A DNA stretch of 54,982 nt from Synechococcus sp. SB0668_bin_13 (GTDB lineage: Bacteria > Cyanobacteriota > Cyanobacteriia > PCC-6307 > Cyanobiaceae): assembly GCA_009836025.1 (NCBI GenBank), contig VXWH01000042.1, positions 1-54,982 of the forward strand. Direction: 5' to 3'. The position numbers were made by a program, and so were the translations under genes. Below, piece after piece: positions 11,873 through 23,940 of the stretch. The notes beneath the pieces are model-generated. The model saw only the letters and a program-made list of their open reading frames with translations, made no database searches and was not told where the DNA came from. Numbering within the stretch: the stretch's first letter is position 1; each line of letters opens with the position of its first letter.

Positions 11873-12817
11873 TCAGCCTACGGGACTTGGGGAGGATTGG
11901 TTGAAGTCGAACCGGCCAAGGTGTTTGATTTCCGTCTGCAGCGGGATGTTTTTCCCTCGCATGACACTGTCTTGCACCAGGTGAATCAATGCCTGGATGT
12001 GCCGGGCTTTGGCCCGGCCACGGTTGACAATAAAATTGGCATGGACCGTTGAGATCTCCGCATCACCCCGTCGCTGGCCTTTCAGGCCCAGGACGTCGAT
12101 GAGTTGCCCTGCTTTCATCGGGAGGGGATTGCGGAAAACACTTCCTCCACAGGGTAAATTGCAGGGCTGAGTGCTGTGGCGCCGGCTCAGGTTGGCTTTG
12201 ATGGTCTGCAAAAGGCGCTGGGGGTGATGACCAGGGCTGGTGCGCAAGCGAGCCGAGATCACGACCCATGGCGTCTGGGCAGCCGCCATGTCCTGAAGCA
12301 GGCTATGACGATAACCAAATGCCATGTCCTGCTCCCGCAGGCGCCAGGACTTGCCTGTGCCAGGGTCCAGCAGCTCAGCATCAACAAGCCGCTCTGCCAG
12401 ACAACTCCCCTGACAGCCCGCATTCATGGCAACGGCTCCACCAATGGTTCCTGGAATTCCCGCAAGCCACTCCAGGCCCTTGAGACCGGCTCGCGCTGCC
12501 TTGCGGGCCAGGGTCGGTAGAGGTTCACCGGCGTAGGACTCGATCAGTCCCGTCGTGGGATCAAACCGGACGCCTTGCAGGCGCCTCAGGCCAAGGGATA
12601 GTCCCTGCACACCCTCATCACTCACCAGCAGATTGGAGCCGGCTCCAATGGGGTGAATGCTCAATCCCATGGCTACAGCCCATTGCACCACATTGACCAA
12701 CTGGTCAACACTGCACGGCTGGGCCAGATATTCAGCGCTCCCCCCCACCTTCCAACTGGTCAGACCAGCCAGTGGCTGGTTGGGCCGGACAGTGGTGGGA
12801 AGGGAGACGGGGGACAT
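11873..12817 (-). CDS. murB: UDP-N-acetylenolpyruvoylglucosamine reductase
   Basis: [35 protein letters not shown]. Confidence 0.95.
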   Translation of the reverse strand: MSPVSLPTTVRPNQPLAGLTSWKVGGSAEYLAQPCSVDQLVNVVQWAVAMGLSIHPIGAGSNLLVSDEGVQGLSLGLRRLQGVRFDPTTGLIESYAGEPLPTLARKAARAGLKGLEWLAGIPGTIGGAVAMNAGCQGSCLAERLVDAELLDPGTGKSWRLREQDMAFGYRHSLLQDMAAAQTPWVVISARLRTSPGHHPQRLLQTIKANLSRRHSTQPCNLPCGGSVFRNPLPMKAGQLIDVLGLKGQRRGDAEISTVHANFIVNRGRAKARHIQALIHLVQDSVMRGKNIPLQTEIKHLGRFDFNQSSPSPVG

Positions 12818-12825
12818 ATCATCAC

Positions 12826-14250
12826 CTACGCCGCCATGGGGGCAGAGGACCGGATCAAACCGGGTAACCGGTTGATGGAACCTGCTCCCATGGCCAGCAC
12901 CAGATCACCAGGCCGGGTGTAGCTGTGAAACTCCTGCGCCAAGTGCTCCAGGCTGTCAAAGCAATGCACTGTTCCTCCGATTTCGGCAATGGCCCTGGCC
13001 AGGGCGGTATGGCTGACTCCAGCGACGAGCTTTTCCCCTGCGGCGTAAATGGGAAGCAACAGCACTTCATCGGCAGCAGTCAGCGCCAGGGCAAATTCCT
13101 GAAGAAAGTCTCTGGTTCGGCTATAGCGATGGGGCTGGAAGGTCACGATCACCCGCTGGGGCATCAAGGGGAGGGCGGATTCATCGCTCCCCACCATGGC
13201 CCGGGCCATGGCAAGAGTTGCGGCCACCTCGCTGGGGTGGTGAGCATAGTCGTCCACCAACAGCCGATCATCCACAACACTGTGAAACTCAAACCGGCGG
13301 CCAGGGGCACGAATGGCTTTGCAGGACCTCTGCAGCAGAGGGAAGGGGATTCCCAGTTCCAGGGCCCCCGCCAGGGCCGCCGCCAGATTGGCCAGATTGT
13401 GGAGACCCGTCAAGGGAAAGACGACGGGACCCAGGCACTCGGCACCGGCGTGGACAATCGCCTCACTGGCGTAGCCCCGGCATCTGATGTCTGAGAAGCG
13501 ATAGTGGGCAGAGCTTGTCCCACCAAGAGACCATTGCCGTGTGCCTGGAAGATGCTGGCTCAGAAGAGGGCAATCCCCGTTGGTGAGCAGGGTTTGGCAG
13601 TTGCGGCCAAACTCGGCCATGGTGTCGAGCAAATGGTTGATATCGGTGTAATGGTCTGTATGATCCAGTTCAAGATTGGTGATAACCCCGATCCGTGGCC
13701 GGAATTTCACGAGCGTGCCGTCGGACTCATCCGCTTCCGCCACCGCAACACCGCCACGACCGTAACGACCATTGCTGCCCAACCAAGGCACCACACCACC
13801 GATGACGACTGTGGGATCCAGGCCCACTTCCATCAGAAGGGTGCTGAGAAAGGTGCTGGTGGTGGTTTTGCCATGGGAGCCAGCCACCACGACAGACCGG
13901 GGGTGACTGGCAAGCAGGTCAGTCAGCAGGTCCGAGCGATGAATCACTTGCACGTCCCCTGCCGCACGGATGGCCATGAGTTCCGGGTTGTCTTCTTGAA
14001 TGGCAGAGCTAACCACCACCAGAGGAGGCAGCGGAGCGTCTTTGCGCAGGGCCTCAACCGCCCTGGAATCCTGCTGGAGGGTGATCCTGGCGCCGGCACC
14101 ACGCAGAGTATTGATAGAATTGGAGTTACAGATGTCTGAACCACTGACGCGAAACCCACGGGCCATGAGGATTTCTGCAAGGGCTGACATGCCAGCACCG
14201 CCGATTCCCACAAAGTGAACGGGCCGCCGTGGATCAAGAGTGTGTGTCAA
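12826..14250 (-). CDS. murC: UDP-N-acetylmuramate--L-alanine ligase
   Basis: GIGGAGMS, GSHGKTTT, EADESDG, DDYAHHP, FQPHRYSR. Confidence 0.96.
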   Translation of the reverse strand: MTHTLDPRRPVHFVGIGGAGMSALAEILMARGFRVSGSDICNSNSINTLRGAGARITLQQDSRAVEALRKDAPLPPLVVVSSAIQEDNPELMAIRAAGDVQVIHRSDLLTDLLASHPRSVVVAGSHGKTTTSTFLSTLLMEVGLDPTVVIGGVVPWLGSNGRYGRGGVAVAEADESDGTLVKFRPRIGVITNLELDHTDHYTDINHLLDTMAEFGRNCQTLLTNGDCPLLSQHLPGTRQWSLGGTSSAHYRFSDIRCRGYASEAIVHAGAECLGPVVFPLTGLHNLANLAAALAGALELGIPFPLLQRSCKAIRAPGRRFEFHSVVDDRLLVDDYAHHPSEVAATLAMARAMVGSDESALPLMPQRVIVTFQPHRYSRTRDFLQEFALALTAADEVLLLPIYAAGEKLVAGVSHTALARAIAEIGGTVHCFDSLEHLAQEFHSYTRPGDLVLAMGAGSINRLPGLIRSSAPMAA

Positions 14251-14410
14251 TGGGTCCTGCCTCTACGGCCCTAAGCTAAGCGAACATTTGCAAGAGAAGA
14301 CAGAGGCATTCTCGCATTCAGAGGCATCAGCGGAACGGTTGCGTGCTTTTGCAAGCCAACGGCCTTCTGTATGATCCACTGCCGAATCACCTCCGCTGCC
14401 CGACCTGTTC

Positions 14411-15451
14411 ATGACACTGAAAGTTGCCATCAATGGCTTTGGCCGCATCGGCCGCAACTTCCTGCGTTGCTGGTTAAGCCGTGGGGACAAGACGGGTCTT
14501 GAGGTGGTTGGTATCAACGACACCTCCGACCCCAAGACCAACGCCCACCTGCTGACCTACGACTCCATGCTTGGCCGCATCCGGGATGCGCAGGTCTCTT
14601 CCACAGAGGGAGCCATCGTCGTCAACGGCAGGACAATCAAGTGCTATTCCGACCGCAACCCTTCAAACCTGCCCTGGGCGGAATGGGGTGTGGACCTGGT
14701 GATTGAGTCCACCGGCGTATTTGTGACCAGGGAAAGCGCCGGGAAGCACCTGGAGGCTGGCGCCAGGAAGGTGCTGATCACGGCGCCCGGCAAGGGCCAG
14801 GGTGTGGGCACCTTCGTGGTTGGGGTCAACGACCATGAGTACCGTCATGGTGACCACGCCATCATCAGCAACGCCAGTTGCACCACCAACTGCATGGCCC
14901 CCCTGGTCAAGGTGCTGGATCAGCAGTTTGGCCTGAACAAGGGCCTGATGACCACCATTCACAGCTACACAGGCGATCAGCGCATTCTTGATGCCAGCCA
15001 TCGGGATCTGCGCCGCGCCCGGGCCGCCGCCATGAACATCGTCCCCACCTCCACCGGCGCAGCCAAGGCGGTGGCTTTGGTGTATCCCGTCGTGAAGGGC
15101 AAGCTCAGCGGCATTGCCATGCGGGTTCCCACCCCCAATGTGTCCGTGGTGGACCTGGTCTTTGAGTCCTCCCGCCCCACGACAGCGGAAGAGGTGAATG
15201 CCGCTGTCAAGGAGGCGTCCCAAAACGGCATGGCGGGCATCATCAAGTACGGCGACCTGCCCCTGGTCTCCAGTGACTACGCCGGCACAAGCGAGTCAGC
15301 CATCTTTGACGAGGCCCTGACCATGGCCATGGGGGACAACCTGGTCAAGGTCGTCGCCTGGTACGACAATGAATGGGGCTATAGCCAGCGGGTGGTGGAC
15401 CTGGCGGAGGTTGTGGCCAGCAAGTGGGAGCCTTCCCCTGCGGCCCCATGA
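14411..15451 (+). CDS. gap2: Glyceraldehyde-3-phosphate dehydrogenase (photosynthetic NAD(P) type)
   Basis: [44 protein letters not shown]. Confidence 0.95.
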   Translation: MTLKVAINGFGRIGRNFLRCWLSRGDKTGLEVVGINDTSDPKTNAHLLTYDSMLGRIRDAQVSSTEGAIVVNGRTIKCYSDRNPSNLPWAEWGVDLVIESTGVFVTRESAGKHLEAGARKVLITAPGKGQGVGTFVVGVNDHEYRHGDHAIISNASCTTNCMAPLVKVLDQQFGLNKGLMTTIHSYTGDQRILDASHRDLRRARAAAMNIVPTSTGAAKAVALVYPVVKGKLSGIAMRVPTPNVSVVDLVFESSRPTTAEEVNAAVKEASQNGMAGIIKYGDLPLVSSDYAGTSESAIFDEALTMAMGDNLVKVVAWYDNEWGYSQRVVDLAEVVASKWEPSPAAP

Positions 15452-16509
15452 ACCCTGGGTTCGCATTCTGATCTGGCGTTCCTTGCCGCCATGGAGACCG
15501 TGGGGCCAAAATCAAAATGGTCAAATGGCTTCCCTGGCGGCAAGGGACGCAACTGGCCGTCCTGGGCGTCCTTCAGCAGCAGGTGGTGGCTGGCAGTCAC
15601 CACACCCACATGACAGAAGCTCGGTTCACGCTCCAGGAGCGCCTGGGCCCAACGGGGCTCCAGAGCCAGAACCAACTCGAAATCCTCCCCACCCCAGAGA
15701 CAATGGCGCTCCCCATCAGGCAGGCCCATGAAGGCCGCGGGAAGGGGAAGGCGATGCACATGGGCGCCCAGACCCTGCTCCCCACAGAGCAGGTGCAGGG
15801 CCTGGGCAAGGCCGTCGCTGCTGTCTGTTCCAGCCACACGCCATGGCGTCCCAGGGGGCTGACTGGCCCGGAGCCGTGGAAGAACATCCAGGCGGGCCCG
15901 GGGATAGCAATGGGCCGCGATGGCCTGGGCCTGGAGGCTCCCTGACTTGGGATTTACCCCATGGAGCAGCAGAGACAGGCCGTAGCTGCTGAGGCCGTGG
16001 GGACCACTGCAGACCAGCCAATCTCCCACTTGGGCACCATGGCGACGGATGACACGCCCCTGATCCACAGTACCGATGGCGGTCATGGCCAAGCTCACCA
16101 TGGGGCTCTCCACGCAGTCGCCTCCCAGGAGATGGCCCCCATGGCGGGTGAGGGCTCTGACCATGCCCCCATAGACAGACTCCAGCCAACGCCAGGGAAG
16201 GGATCCTGGGCAACCCAGACCCACGGTGATGCCCACAACCTGATCCGCGCCCATGGCGGCCAGATCGGAAACATTGGCCATCACAGCCCGCCAACCCACG
16301 GACTCGGGCGGGGTGGTGGTTTGTGAAAAGTGACGGTCCTCCACCAGCACATCAGTGCTGATGACCCCGCAGCGACAACCCGGCGTGGACGGCATCAGGG
16401 CAGCATCATCCGCCAGTTGGCCCGGCGGCGCAAAGCGCTCCAGACGTCTGAGCAGTTCCCGCTCCCCCAACTCTGCCACAGAAGGGGAATGAACCTTACC
16501 CATGGGCAT
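15379..16509 (-). CDS. thiL: Thiamine-monophosphate kinase
   Basis: [36 protein letters not shown]. Confidence 0.94.
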   Translation of the reverse strand: MPMGKVHSPSVAELGERELLRRLERFAPPGQLADDAALMPSTPGCRCGVISTDVLVEDRHFSQTTTPPESVGWRAVMANVSDLAAMGADQVVGITVGLGCPGSLPWRWLESVYGGMVRALTRHGGHLLGGDCVESPMVSLAMTAIGTVDQGRVIRRHGAQVGDWLVCSGPHGLSSYGLSLLLHGVNPKSGSLQAQAIAAHCYPRARLDVLPRLRASQPPGTPWRVAGTDSSDGLAQALHLLCGEQGLGAHVHRLPLPAAFMGLPDGERHCLWGGEDFELVLALEPRWAQALLEREPSFCHVGVVTASHHLLLKDAQDGQLRPLPPGKPFDHFDFGPTVSMAARNARSECEPRVHGAAGEGSHLLATTSARSTTRWL

Positions 16510-17602
16510 GCAGGTTTTCGGCGCCGCTGATCACCGTGGCGTCAAGGATCCGGTCCGTGGATGTGAGCTTATCCAGCACGTCTGCACCTTCCACCACATA
16601 GCCGAAGGCGGCAAACCGTCCGTCAATCAGGTTGAGGCCCGCAGGAGTCAACTCAGGCTCGAACAGGAAGATGAAAAACTGGGAGGACCCATCATCAACC
16701 GCGACACCGGAGTGGGCCCAGCCCATGGTGCCCCGTGCGGAGAAGGGCAGCACAGGCGTCTCCTTGAACAGCCCCAGGTCTTCAAAGGTGAGGTCATACA
16801 AAGGCTGTTCCTCGCTGGCAATGCGGATTTCCAGGGGGACGGTGCGCAGTTGCCGGGTCCGGGGATCCACAAATCCATCAGCCTCCCCCTCTGGATCACC
16901 GGTTTGCAGGATATAAAACGCTTCGGCCCGGTTAAAGCCCAAACCATCGTAGAAACCCCGTTGCACCAGGTCCACAAAGGCTCCAGCGGTCAAGGGGGCG
17001 TTGTAGCCATCCACCACCGTGACCAGGTTGCCGGCCGTGGTGTGGAGACGCACCTGGGCCCGCCCCAGCAGCCGGGGCAGAGCGTCGTACTGCTGCGGAA
17101 TGGAGAAGGGGAACCCTTGCACCAGGTCCGCTTCCATGGAACCGATCAACTCCAGAATCTGGGCGCGAAGCGCCAGGAAGGCCGTGCGATCCTCCTGGGC
17201 CGCCGCTTGCTCCAACCGGGGGAGGAGTTCCCCGAGGCGCTCAAGTTGTTCCTCAACGTCCACGCCCCGCTGTTGAGCATCCGCCTGAATGGCAGCGCCC
17301 CCTTTGTTCAGCAGGCTCTGCAGGCGCCGCGCCCGCTTCGTCAAGCGACTCCACCGCTTGGCGCGCAGATCGATGCTGCTGCCCTCCATGGTGTGCTGCA
17401 GGTCCCGCAGTTGCCGCTGATCCACGGGCAACGCATCCCGCAGCAGGGCTCCGGGATCCGTGACGGGATCCCCCGCCGGCAGGGCGGCGGCAGCGGGTTG
17501 GGGAAGGGGAATCAGCAGAACCAGGACCAGGGTCAGAGACCAACACCAGCGCCATAGCGCTGGAAGCCTGGGGAGAGGAAGGGTAGAGCCTGGAAAAGCC
17601 AT
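16496..17602 (-). CDS. Cyclophilin-type PPIase (CYP38/TLP40-like)
   Basis: [32 protein letters not shown]; N-terminal signal peptide. Confidence 0.9.
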   Translation of the reverse strand: MAFPGSTLPLPRLPALWRWCWSLTLVLVLLIPLPQPAAAALPAGDPVTDPGALLRDALPVDQRQLRDLQHTMEGSSIDLRAKRWSRLTKRARRLQSLLNKGGAAIQADAQQRGVDVEEQLERLGELLPRLEQAAAQEDRTAFLALRAQILELIGSMEADLVQGFPFSIPQQYDALPRLLGRAQVRLHTTAGNLVTVVDGYNAPLTAGAFVDLVQRGFYDGLGFNRAEAFYILQTGDPEGEADGFVDPRTRQLRTVPLEIRIASEEQPLYDLTFEDLGLFKETPVLPFSARGTMGWAHSGVAVDDGSSQFFIFLFEPELTPAGLNLIDGRFAAFGYVVEGADVLDKLTSTDRILDATVISGAENLHAHG

Positions 17603-17708
17603 GGGATCTGGCCACAGGGCCGGTCATGGGTCACTTGCTGAGGAACTCTGCCACATGGACCCGGGTCGGACGCCTCCTAGAATCCATGTGCTTCACGACA
17701 GGCAGTGG

Positions 17709-18266
17709 ATGATTTCCAGCAATGACTTCCGTACGGGCACAAGCATTGAACTTGATGGCCAGGTCTGGCGTGTCGTTGAGTTTCTCCACGTCAAACCCGG
17801 CAAGGGATCGGCTTTTGTGCGCACCAAGCTCAAGGCGGTTGTGTCTGGAAACGTTGTGGAGAAAACATTCCGGGCCGGAGAGATGGTGCCCCAGGCGGTG
17901 CTGGAGAAGTCCGGTTTTCAGCACACCTACAAGGAGGGGGAAGACTTCGTGTTCATGGATATGACCTCCTTTGAGGAGATGCGACTCACGGCCCAGCAGA
18001 TTGGCGGCCAGTGCAAGTACCTGAAGGAGGGAATGGATGTCAACATTCTGTCCTGGAACGGAAAACCACTGGAGGTGGAGCTGCCCAATACCGTGGTCCT
18101 TGAGGTGGCCCAAACCGATCCTGGCCTCAAGGGGGACACCGCCGCCGGCAGCACCAAGCCCGCTGTCCTGGAGACAGGCGCACAGGTGAACGTGCCCCTG
18201 TTTATCAGCACCGGCGAGCGGATCAGAATCGACACCCGCAATGATACCTACCTGAGTAGGGAGTAG
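17709..18266 (+). CDS. efp: Elongation factor P
   Basis: [10 protein letters not shown]...[14 protein letters not shown]. Confidence 0.97.
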   Translation: MISSNDFRTGTSIELDGQVWRVVEFLHVKPGKGSAFVRTKLKAVVSGNVVEKTFRAGEMVPQAVLEKSGFQHTYKEGEDFVFMDMTSFEEMRLTAQQIGGQCKYLKEGMDVNILSWNGKPLEVELPNTVVLEVAQTDPGLKGDTAAGSTKPAVLETGAQVNVPLFISTGERIRIDTRNDTYLSRE

Positions 18267-18312
18267 CTCTTTTGATGGTCTGTCTCCTCTTTACCACTTC
18301 ACCCGCTCTCAA

Positions 18313-18771
18313 TTGACCGTGCAGCTTAATCACAGTCAACTCAAGGACCTCCTGACACTGCTTGGCGGAAGCGACATCCAGGAGTTCATTCTGGAAGGCA
18401 AGGATTTTCGCCTGGAACTGCGGCGCTACCAGGGCAACCAACCCGCGCCAGTGGTTGCGGCTGCCACTGCCGCCCCGCCAACGGCAAGCCCACCAGCCCC
18501 CAGAACCAGCGCGCCACCCGGTCGATCAGACCTGGTTGAGGTGCATGCCCCCATGGTGGGCACCTTCTACCGTGCGCCGGCGCCGGAGGAGCCCCCCTTC
18601 GTGGAGGTGGGTGACAAGGTTCAGGTGGGGCAGACCCTTTGCATCCTGGAGGCCATGAAGCTGATGAACGAGATTGAGGCGGAGGTCTCTGGCGAGGTGG
18701 TGGAGGTGCTGGTGGAGAACGGCACGCCTGTGGAGTTTGACCAGCCCTTGATCCGCCTCAAGCCTTTATGA
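18313..18771 (+). CDS. accB: Biotin carboxyl carrier protein
   Basis: [17 protein letters not shown]. Confidence 0.96.
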   Translation: MTVQLNHSQLKDLLTLLGGSDIQEFILEGKDFRLELRRYQGNQPAPVVAAATAAPPTASPPAPRTSAPPGRSDLVEVHAPMVGTFYRAPAPEEPPFVEVGDKVQVGQTLCILEAMKLMNEIEAEVSGEVVEVLVENGTPVEFDQPLIRLKPL

Positions 18772-18913
18772 AGAGGAGAAGACTGAACGCCGGGACGTGG
18801 ACAGCCCTTGCCGTTCCCATCACCATTGCCTGTGGTCTCTTTCGCGGGGTCCTGTCGTCTCCGCCCCCACCCTGGTGGTGATTCTTGGCGTTGCCTGGCG
18901 GATTGGGTTCTGT

Positions 18914-19939
18914 TCACGGTGAAGGACGGTTCTGGAGCGTTGGCAGTGGCTCCAGTTCAGCCGCCGCCAGCAGGGCGGCCACCATGCTCCCCTCCCTGGC
19001 CAGTCCTTGACCTGCCAGGGAAAACGCTGTGCCGTGGTCCGGTGAGGTGCGGATGAACGGGAGCCCCAGGGTGGTGTTGACCGCTTCGTCAAAGGCAATC
19101 AGCTTGGTGGGGATCAGTCCCTGGTCGTGGTAGAGGGCCAGGTAGCCGTCAGCAGCGTGGCCATGACCCCGCCAGGCCCGACCCGCATCCAACCAGCAGG
19201 CATCCGGTGGCTCGGGACCTAGCACAGTGCAGTCGGGGTGCAGTGCCTGCCACTCCTTCAAGCAGGGCTCCAGCCAGTCCCGCTCCTCGCTGCCCAGGTG
19301 GCCGGCTTCCCCGGCATGGGGATTGAGGCCCGCAACCTTGAGAACCGGCTGGCCCCGGTATTGGCGACAAAAGCGGCCCAGCACGGTGAGCTGATTCTGC
19401 ACCAGGTTTGGAGACAGGGTCTGCAGCGCCTGCTTGAGGGGAAGATGGGTTGTGGCCAGCAGGGTGTTGAGCCGCCAGTCCCCCTGGGGTGAGCGGGCGG
19501 TGAACAGCATGGATGCCCTGATGCCCCCCGCAAGCTGCGCCAGGCGCTCGGTCTGTCCCGGGTAAGCATGGCCAGCGGCCTGCCAGCAGTGCTTGGCAAT
19601 GGGGGCGGTGGCCAGTGCCTGACAGTGCCTGTCCAGCACCGCACGGCAGGCGGCGGTCAACCAGGCAAAGCTGGCGGCCCCGCCCGCGGCAGTGGCCTGG
19701 CCACAGGAAACCGGCTCCGCCAACGGCATGTCCACCAGGTGCAGATCCCGCGGATCTACCACCGGTTGTTCCCGCTGCCGCAGGGTGTGGTATTGCTCCA
19801 GGAGCCAGCGGCGGCAGCCAAACAGCACCGGCTCCACCGCCTGCTGAACCCGCCGGTTGGCCAGGGCCTTCAGCACCACCTCCGCCCCGATCCCGGCGGG
19901 ATCCCCCAAGGCAACGGCAATCCGCCGCGGCTGATCCAT
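18914..19939 (-). CDS. pdxA: 4-hydroxythreonine-4-phosphate dehydrogenase
   Basis: GDPAGIG, GLNPHAGE, YHDQG, RTSPDHGTA. Confidence 0.95.
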   Translation of the reverse strand: MDQPRRIAVALGDPAGIGAEVVLKALANRRVQQAVEPVLFGCRRWLLEQYHTLRQREQPVVDPRDLHLVDMPLAEPVSCGQATAAGGAASFAWLTAACRAVLDRHCQALATAPIAKHCWQAAGHAYPGQTERLAQLAGGIRASMLFTARSPQGDWRLNTLLATTHLPLKQALQTLSPNLVQNQLTVLGRFCRQYRGQPVLKVAGLNPHAGEAGHLGSEERDWLEPCLKEWQALHPDCTVLGPEPPDACWLDAGRAWRGHGHAADGYLALYHDQGLIPTKLIAFDEAVNTTLGLPFIRTSPDHGTAFSLAGQGLAREGSMVAALLAAAELEPLPTLQNRPSP

Positions 19940-19995
19940 GGCCAGGACTCCATGAGCAACAACTTTAGCGTGGAGCGCCCTGTTTGACTTTGGCG

Positions 19996-21159
19996 ATGTC
20001 GCCAGAACAATGGTCCAAGGCGTTTGAACGGCAGCAGCAAGCCTGGCTGCGTGATGTTGCCCCCGATCTGGTCTCCAGGCTGCTGAATTGGTGGGCACGC
20101 CACGGACGCCATGATTTGCCGTGGCGATTGTTGTCCGATGGACGCCAGCCCGGACCTGGCGACCTGCTCCCCGTCTATCCCGTCTGGGTGGCGGAGGTGA
20201 TGCTGCAGCAGACCCGGCTGGCGGTGGCGCTTCCCTTCTGGCGCCGTTGGCGGTCACGGTTTCCGGATCTGGAGTCCTTGGCGGCGGCATCCCGGCAGGA
20301 CGTGCTCCACTGCTGGCAAGGACTGGGGTACTATGCTCGAGCACGGCGGCTCCATGGGGTGGCCACCCAGTTGGCGGCGGTCAGGCGTCCACTGCCCACG
20401 GACCGCGCCGGCCTTGAACGGCTTCCGGGCCTCGGTCGCACCACAGCGGCCGCCATTGCCGCCACGGCCGGCAACAGTCCCGACCCCATTCTGGACGGCA
20501 ACGTGATGCGTGTGCTGGCGCGCCTTCTGGCCTTTCCAGCACCACCCCGGCAGGCCACCCCCCTGTTCTGGAGCATGGTTGAGCTGTTGCTGGACCACAG
20601 AGGGGCGCGAGATTTCAACCAGGCCCTGATGGACCTGGGTGCCCTGGTCTGCCGCCCCCGTGGGCCTTTGTGCCATCATTGCCCCTGGCAGACCCATTGC
20701 CATGCCTACGCTAAAGGGATTCAGCACCAACTCCCTGTGCGCCAGGCTCCCACACCCATTCCCCATGTCATGGTTGGCGTGGGCATTGTGCTGGATCAGC
20801 AGGGGAAGGTGCTCATCGGCCAGCGCCAACCCGATGGGCTGCTGGGTGGTCTTTGGGAGTTTCCCGGCGGCAAGCAGGAGCCCGGCGAGACCATGGCCGA
20901 CACCGTGGTGCGGGAACTGCAAGAGGAGGTGGGCCTGACCGTGGCTGTAGGTCGGGAGCTGCTGCGCTTTGACCATGCCTATACCCATCGGCGGCTCACC
21001 TTTGCGGTGTATCTCTGCCGCGTGGTGGCTGGAGAGGCTCGGCCCGTGGCCAGCCAACAGGTGGCCTGGGTGTGGCCCCACGACCTGCACCGCTACCCTT
21101 TCCCTGCCGCCAACGCCCGCATGATCCAGTCCCTGCGGGAGCACTCAGGCGAGGCTTGA
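19996..21159 (+). CDS. mutY: A/G-specific adenine glycosylase with C-terminal Nudix domain
   Basis: EVMLQQT, WQGLGYY, HhH motif, 4Fe-4S cysteines, LWEFPGGK...RELQEE. Confidence 0.93.
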   Translation: MSPEQWSKAFERQQQAWLRDVAPDLVSRLLNWWARHGRHDLPWRLLSDGRQPGPGDLLPVYPVWVAEVMLQQTRLAVALPFWRRWRSRFPDLESLAAASRQDVLHCWQGLGYYARARRLHGVATQLAAVRRPLPTDRAGLERLPGLGRTTAAAIAATAGNSPDPILDGNVMRVLARLLAFPAPPRQATPLFWSMVELLLDHRGARDFNQALMDLGALVCRPRGPLCHHCPWQTHCHAYAKGIQHQLPVRQAPTPIPHVMVGVGIVLDQQGKVLIGQRQPDGLLGGLWEFPGGKQEPGETMADTVVRELQEEVGLTVAVGRELLRFDHAYTHRRLTFAVYLCRVVAGEARPVASQQVAWVWPHDLHRYPFPAANARMIQSLREHSGEA

Positions 21160-21699
21160 CTTGATGTAGCGGATCCCACTGAGCCAGGCCATGGCGAGGG
21201 CCGCCCAGAACAGGCCGCTCCCCACGGCGGCTGTCAGCGCCTGGGCCGGACCCGGCCAGAGCAGACACCCGAAACAAAGAAACTGACCGGTGGTTTTCAG
21301 TTTGCCGCTCCAATGGGCTGGCGCTCCATGGGGCTGACGACTTCGCCACTCGGTCACCAGGAACTCTCGGGCCAGCAGGAGCCAGATGGCCCAGAGAGGA
21401 ATGGAGATGGGGGAGATGGCGGGATCGGATGCGCCACCACCGTGGCCAGCCAGCCACAACAGCGGCGCCAGCAGCAATAATTTATCGCAGAGGGGATCCA
21501 GACGCGCCCCCCACAGCGACCCACCGCCACCGCATCGCGCCAACCACCCGTCCACCGCATCGGTGAGGGCGCCAACCACCAGCAGCCACCAGGCCCACCA
21601 GCCCCATCCCCCCTGCAACGCCAACAGGAGAGGCACGGCAACCAGGCCCCTGAGCACCGTGAGGCCGTTGGCCAGGCTCTGCGCCTTCACAATCACCAC
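21145..21699 (-). CDS. CDP-alcohol phosphatidyltransferase (PgsA-like)
   Basis: DAVDGWLAR...GARLDPLCDK signature. Confidence 0.9.
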   Translation of the reverse strand: MVIVKAQSLANGLTVLRGLVAVPLLLALQGGWGWWAWWLLVVGALTDAVDGWLARCGGGGSLWGARLDPLCDKLLLLAPLLWLAGHGGGASDPAISPISIPLWAIWLLLAREFLVTEWRSRQPHGAPAHWSGKLKTTGQFLCFGCLLWPGPAQALTAAVGSGLFWAALAMAWLSGIRYIKSSLA

Positions 21700-21716
21700 A
21701 CTCCGGAGAGACCATC

Positions 21717-22190
21717 ATGGTGCAAAGCCAGCCTGTCCAGGCGTTCATGACCACGCCGGTGAAGTTCGTGCATCCAGACACACCACTGACAGAGGTGATC
21801 CAGATGCTCGATACCGCCCATATCAGTGGCTTGGCGGTGTGCGACCACCAGGGCAGGCTGGTGGGGGAAATCAGCGCCAAGGATCTGATGGTGCGGGAAA
21901 GCGGCCTGGAGCCCGGGCCGTACGTGGTCTTCCTGGACAGTGTGATCTACCTGCGCAATCCCCTGCGCTGGGAGCGGGAGGTGCATCAGGCGCTGGGGGA
22001 AACCGCTGAAGCCGTCATGAGCCGCTCCCCCCATACGTGTGGTCCCACCACGAGCCTGCAGGCGGCGGCGGCACTGCTCCACGATGCCGGCACGGAGAGG
22101 CTGTTTGTGGTGGAGAGGGGAGAACTGATCGGGGTGTTCAGCCGGGCCGACCTGATTCGGGCCATGGCCGCCAAGGACGGCGCCCAATGA
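21717..22190 (+). CDS. CBS-domain protein
   Basis: Paired CBS domains with the cyanobacterial LDSVIYLRNP insert. Confidence 0.9.
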   Translation: MVQSQPVQAFMTTPVKFVHPDTPLTEVIQMLDTAHISGLAVCDHQGRLVGEISAKDLMVRESGLEPGPYVVFLDSVIYLRNPLRWEREVHQALGETAEAVMSRSPHTCGPTTSLQAAAALLHDAGTERLFVVERGELIGVFSRADLIRAMAAKDGAQ

Positions 22191-22218
22191 GATACCCAAA
22201 TCCTGCGCCAACGACACG

Positions 22219-23244
22219 TTATGGCATCTCGGGGGTGCGAGGCGTCAGTCCCAGGGCCGTGCGCACCCGCTCCAGAGAAGCCTGAGCCACCCGTTCCGCC
22301 CGCTGCCGCCCCTGGCTCAACACATGATCCAGGGCGGCGGGGTCAGCCATGAGTTCCCCATGGCGCTGCTGAATGGGGACCAGGGCCTCAACCACCACAT
22401 CGCTGAGCATGGCCTTGAACCGGCCCCAGCCCATCCGGCCACACTCTTCGGCAGCCGCAGCGCGACTCCGACCACCGAGGAGGGCATAGAGCGCCAGAAG
22501 ATTGCCTGCTTCCGGTCGCTCCGGGTCGTCAAAGGTCAGGCCCATCACCGCATCGGTCTTGGCCCGCCTGATCTTTCTGCGCACCAGTTCAGGGGTGTCC
22601 AGCAGGTTGATGCGGCTGTTGTCGTTGGGATCACTCTTGCTCATCTTGTTCCGGCCGTCGGTCAAACTCATGACCCGTGCCCCCTCTGGAAAGATCAATG
22701 GCTCGGGCACGTTGAGAACGATCTCTCCACGGGAGGCAAACTGGCCATTCAGGCGCTGCTGGACAATGTTGCGGGCCAATTCCAGGTGCTGTTTCTGGTC
22801 CTCCCCGACGGGCACCAGGTCGGCGTTGTACAGGAGAATGTCCGCGGCCATGAGCACCGGATAGTCCAGGAGGCCCACGGAGGTCTGGGTGCCTTGTTTG
22901 TTGGCCTTCTCCTTGAACTGGATCATGCGCTCCAGCCAGTTGAGAGGGGTGATGCAGTTCAGCAGCCAGCAGAGTTCACTGTGGGCCGGCACATGGCTCT
23001 GGACAAAGACCGTGGCCAGTTGGGGATCAATGCCACAGGCCAGGTAGAGGGCCGCGGTTTGCCGGGTCTGCCGCGTCAGCAGGGCTGGATCATGGGGAAC
23101 GGTGATGGCGTGCAGATCCACCACGCAGAAAAAGGTGTCGTGCTGATGTTGCAACGCCACCCAATTGCGAATGGCCCCCAGCCAGTTGCCCAGGTGGAGC
23201 GCACCTGTGGGCTGCACTCCCGAGAGAACCCGCTTGCGTTCCAT
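22219..23244 (-). CDS. trpS: Tryptophan--tRNA ligase
   Basis: SGVQPTG, HLGN, VPVGEDQ, KMSKS. Confidence 0.97.
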   Translation of the reverse strand: MERKRVLSGVQPTGALHLGNWLGAIRNWVALQHQHDTFFCVVDLHAITVPHDPALLTRQTRQTAALYLACGIDPQLATVFVQSHVPAHSELCWLLNCITPLNWLERMIQFKEKANKQGTQTSVGLLDYPVLMAADILLYNADLVPVGEDQKQHLELARNIVQQRLNGQFASRGEIVLNVPEPLIFPEGARVMSLTDGRNKMSKSDPNDNSRINLLDTPELVRRKIRRAKTDAVMGLTFDDPERPEAGNLLALYALLGGRSRAAAAEECGRMGWGRFKAMLSDVVVEALVPIQQRHGELMADPAALDHVLSQGRQRAERVAQASLERVRTALGLTPRTPEMP

Positions 23245-23750
23245 CAGGTCTCTTCCGGTTGGCGGGAGTCCGTGGTGGAACCATCCGCCATGGGAGCTTC
23301 CGTTTCTGCGGCAGGACCGGTGGGGGGCTGATGGTCGTTCAGCGGCTTGGGTTGCTGTTTGGCGGGTCGGGCCAGCGGGTCAGGGCGCACCGCCGGCGCC
23401 TGGGTTTTCGGCTGTTGCCCGCCGCCACGGCCACCAGGCCCGGTGTGCTGTGGCAGTTGGGCGGCCATGGTGTCCTCGCCGAGTTGACCTTGCTCCACCA
23501 GTTGGGCCATGGTCCGAAGGCAGAATCCCAACGCAGCAACAGTGGAACGCAGTTGGAAACGCTCCTGGATCAACTGGGCTGCACGCAGCTCGTTGTCGCT
23601 TAAACGAATGCGCAGGGACCCCTGCTCACGGCCCGCCGAACGACTTGACCGTTCTCCAGATACGCGCCGCGCCCCGCGCCGTTCGATCCCAGGGGGACGA
23701 TCTTGAGAATTCTCGTCCAGCCCCGGAAGAAAGTCTTCATTGATGGCCAT
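23244..23750 (-). CDS. Conserved hypothetical protein
   Basis: RIRLSDNE...FQLRSTVAALGF core typical of picocyanobacterial proteins; coupled to trpS. Confidence 0.75.
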   Translation of the reverse strand: MAINEDFLPGLDENSQDRPPGIERRGARRVSGERSSRSAGREQGSLRIRLSDNELRAAQLIQERFQLRSTVAALGFCLRTMAQLVEQGQLGEDTMAAQLPQHTGPGGRGGGQQPKTQAPAVRPDPLARPAKQQPKPLNDHQPPTGPAAETEAPMADGSTTDSRQPEET

Positions 23751-23940
23751 TTCCGGCCCTCACTCCATTGCTTCCAGGACAGACGCAGATTGAAATGTCC
23801 TTGGTGTCCAGGCAGTTTGCCCGACGCCGACGATGGGGTCTCGCCTGAGGCTCCACATGCATGGGAGGTCTGTACCGAAACTTGGGTGGCTGAAATCCTA
23901 GGGGAACTTACCATACGCTCCACGCTCACCCACCCCATGA

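Noticed and set aside
23751-23940. Metal riboswitch or operator upstream of mntC
   Set aside because: No recognisable yybP-ykoY, ManR, Zur or Fur motif seen by eye.
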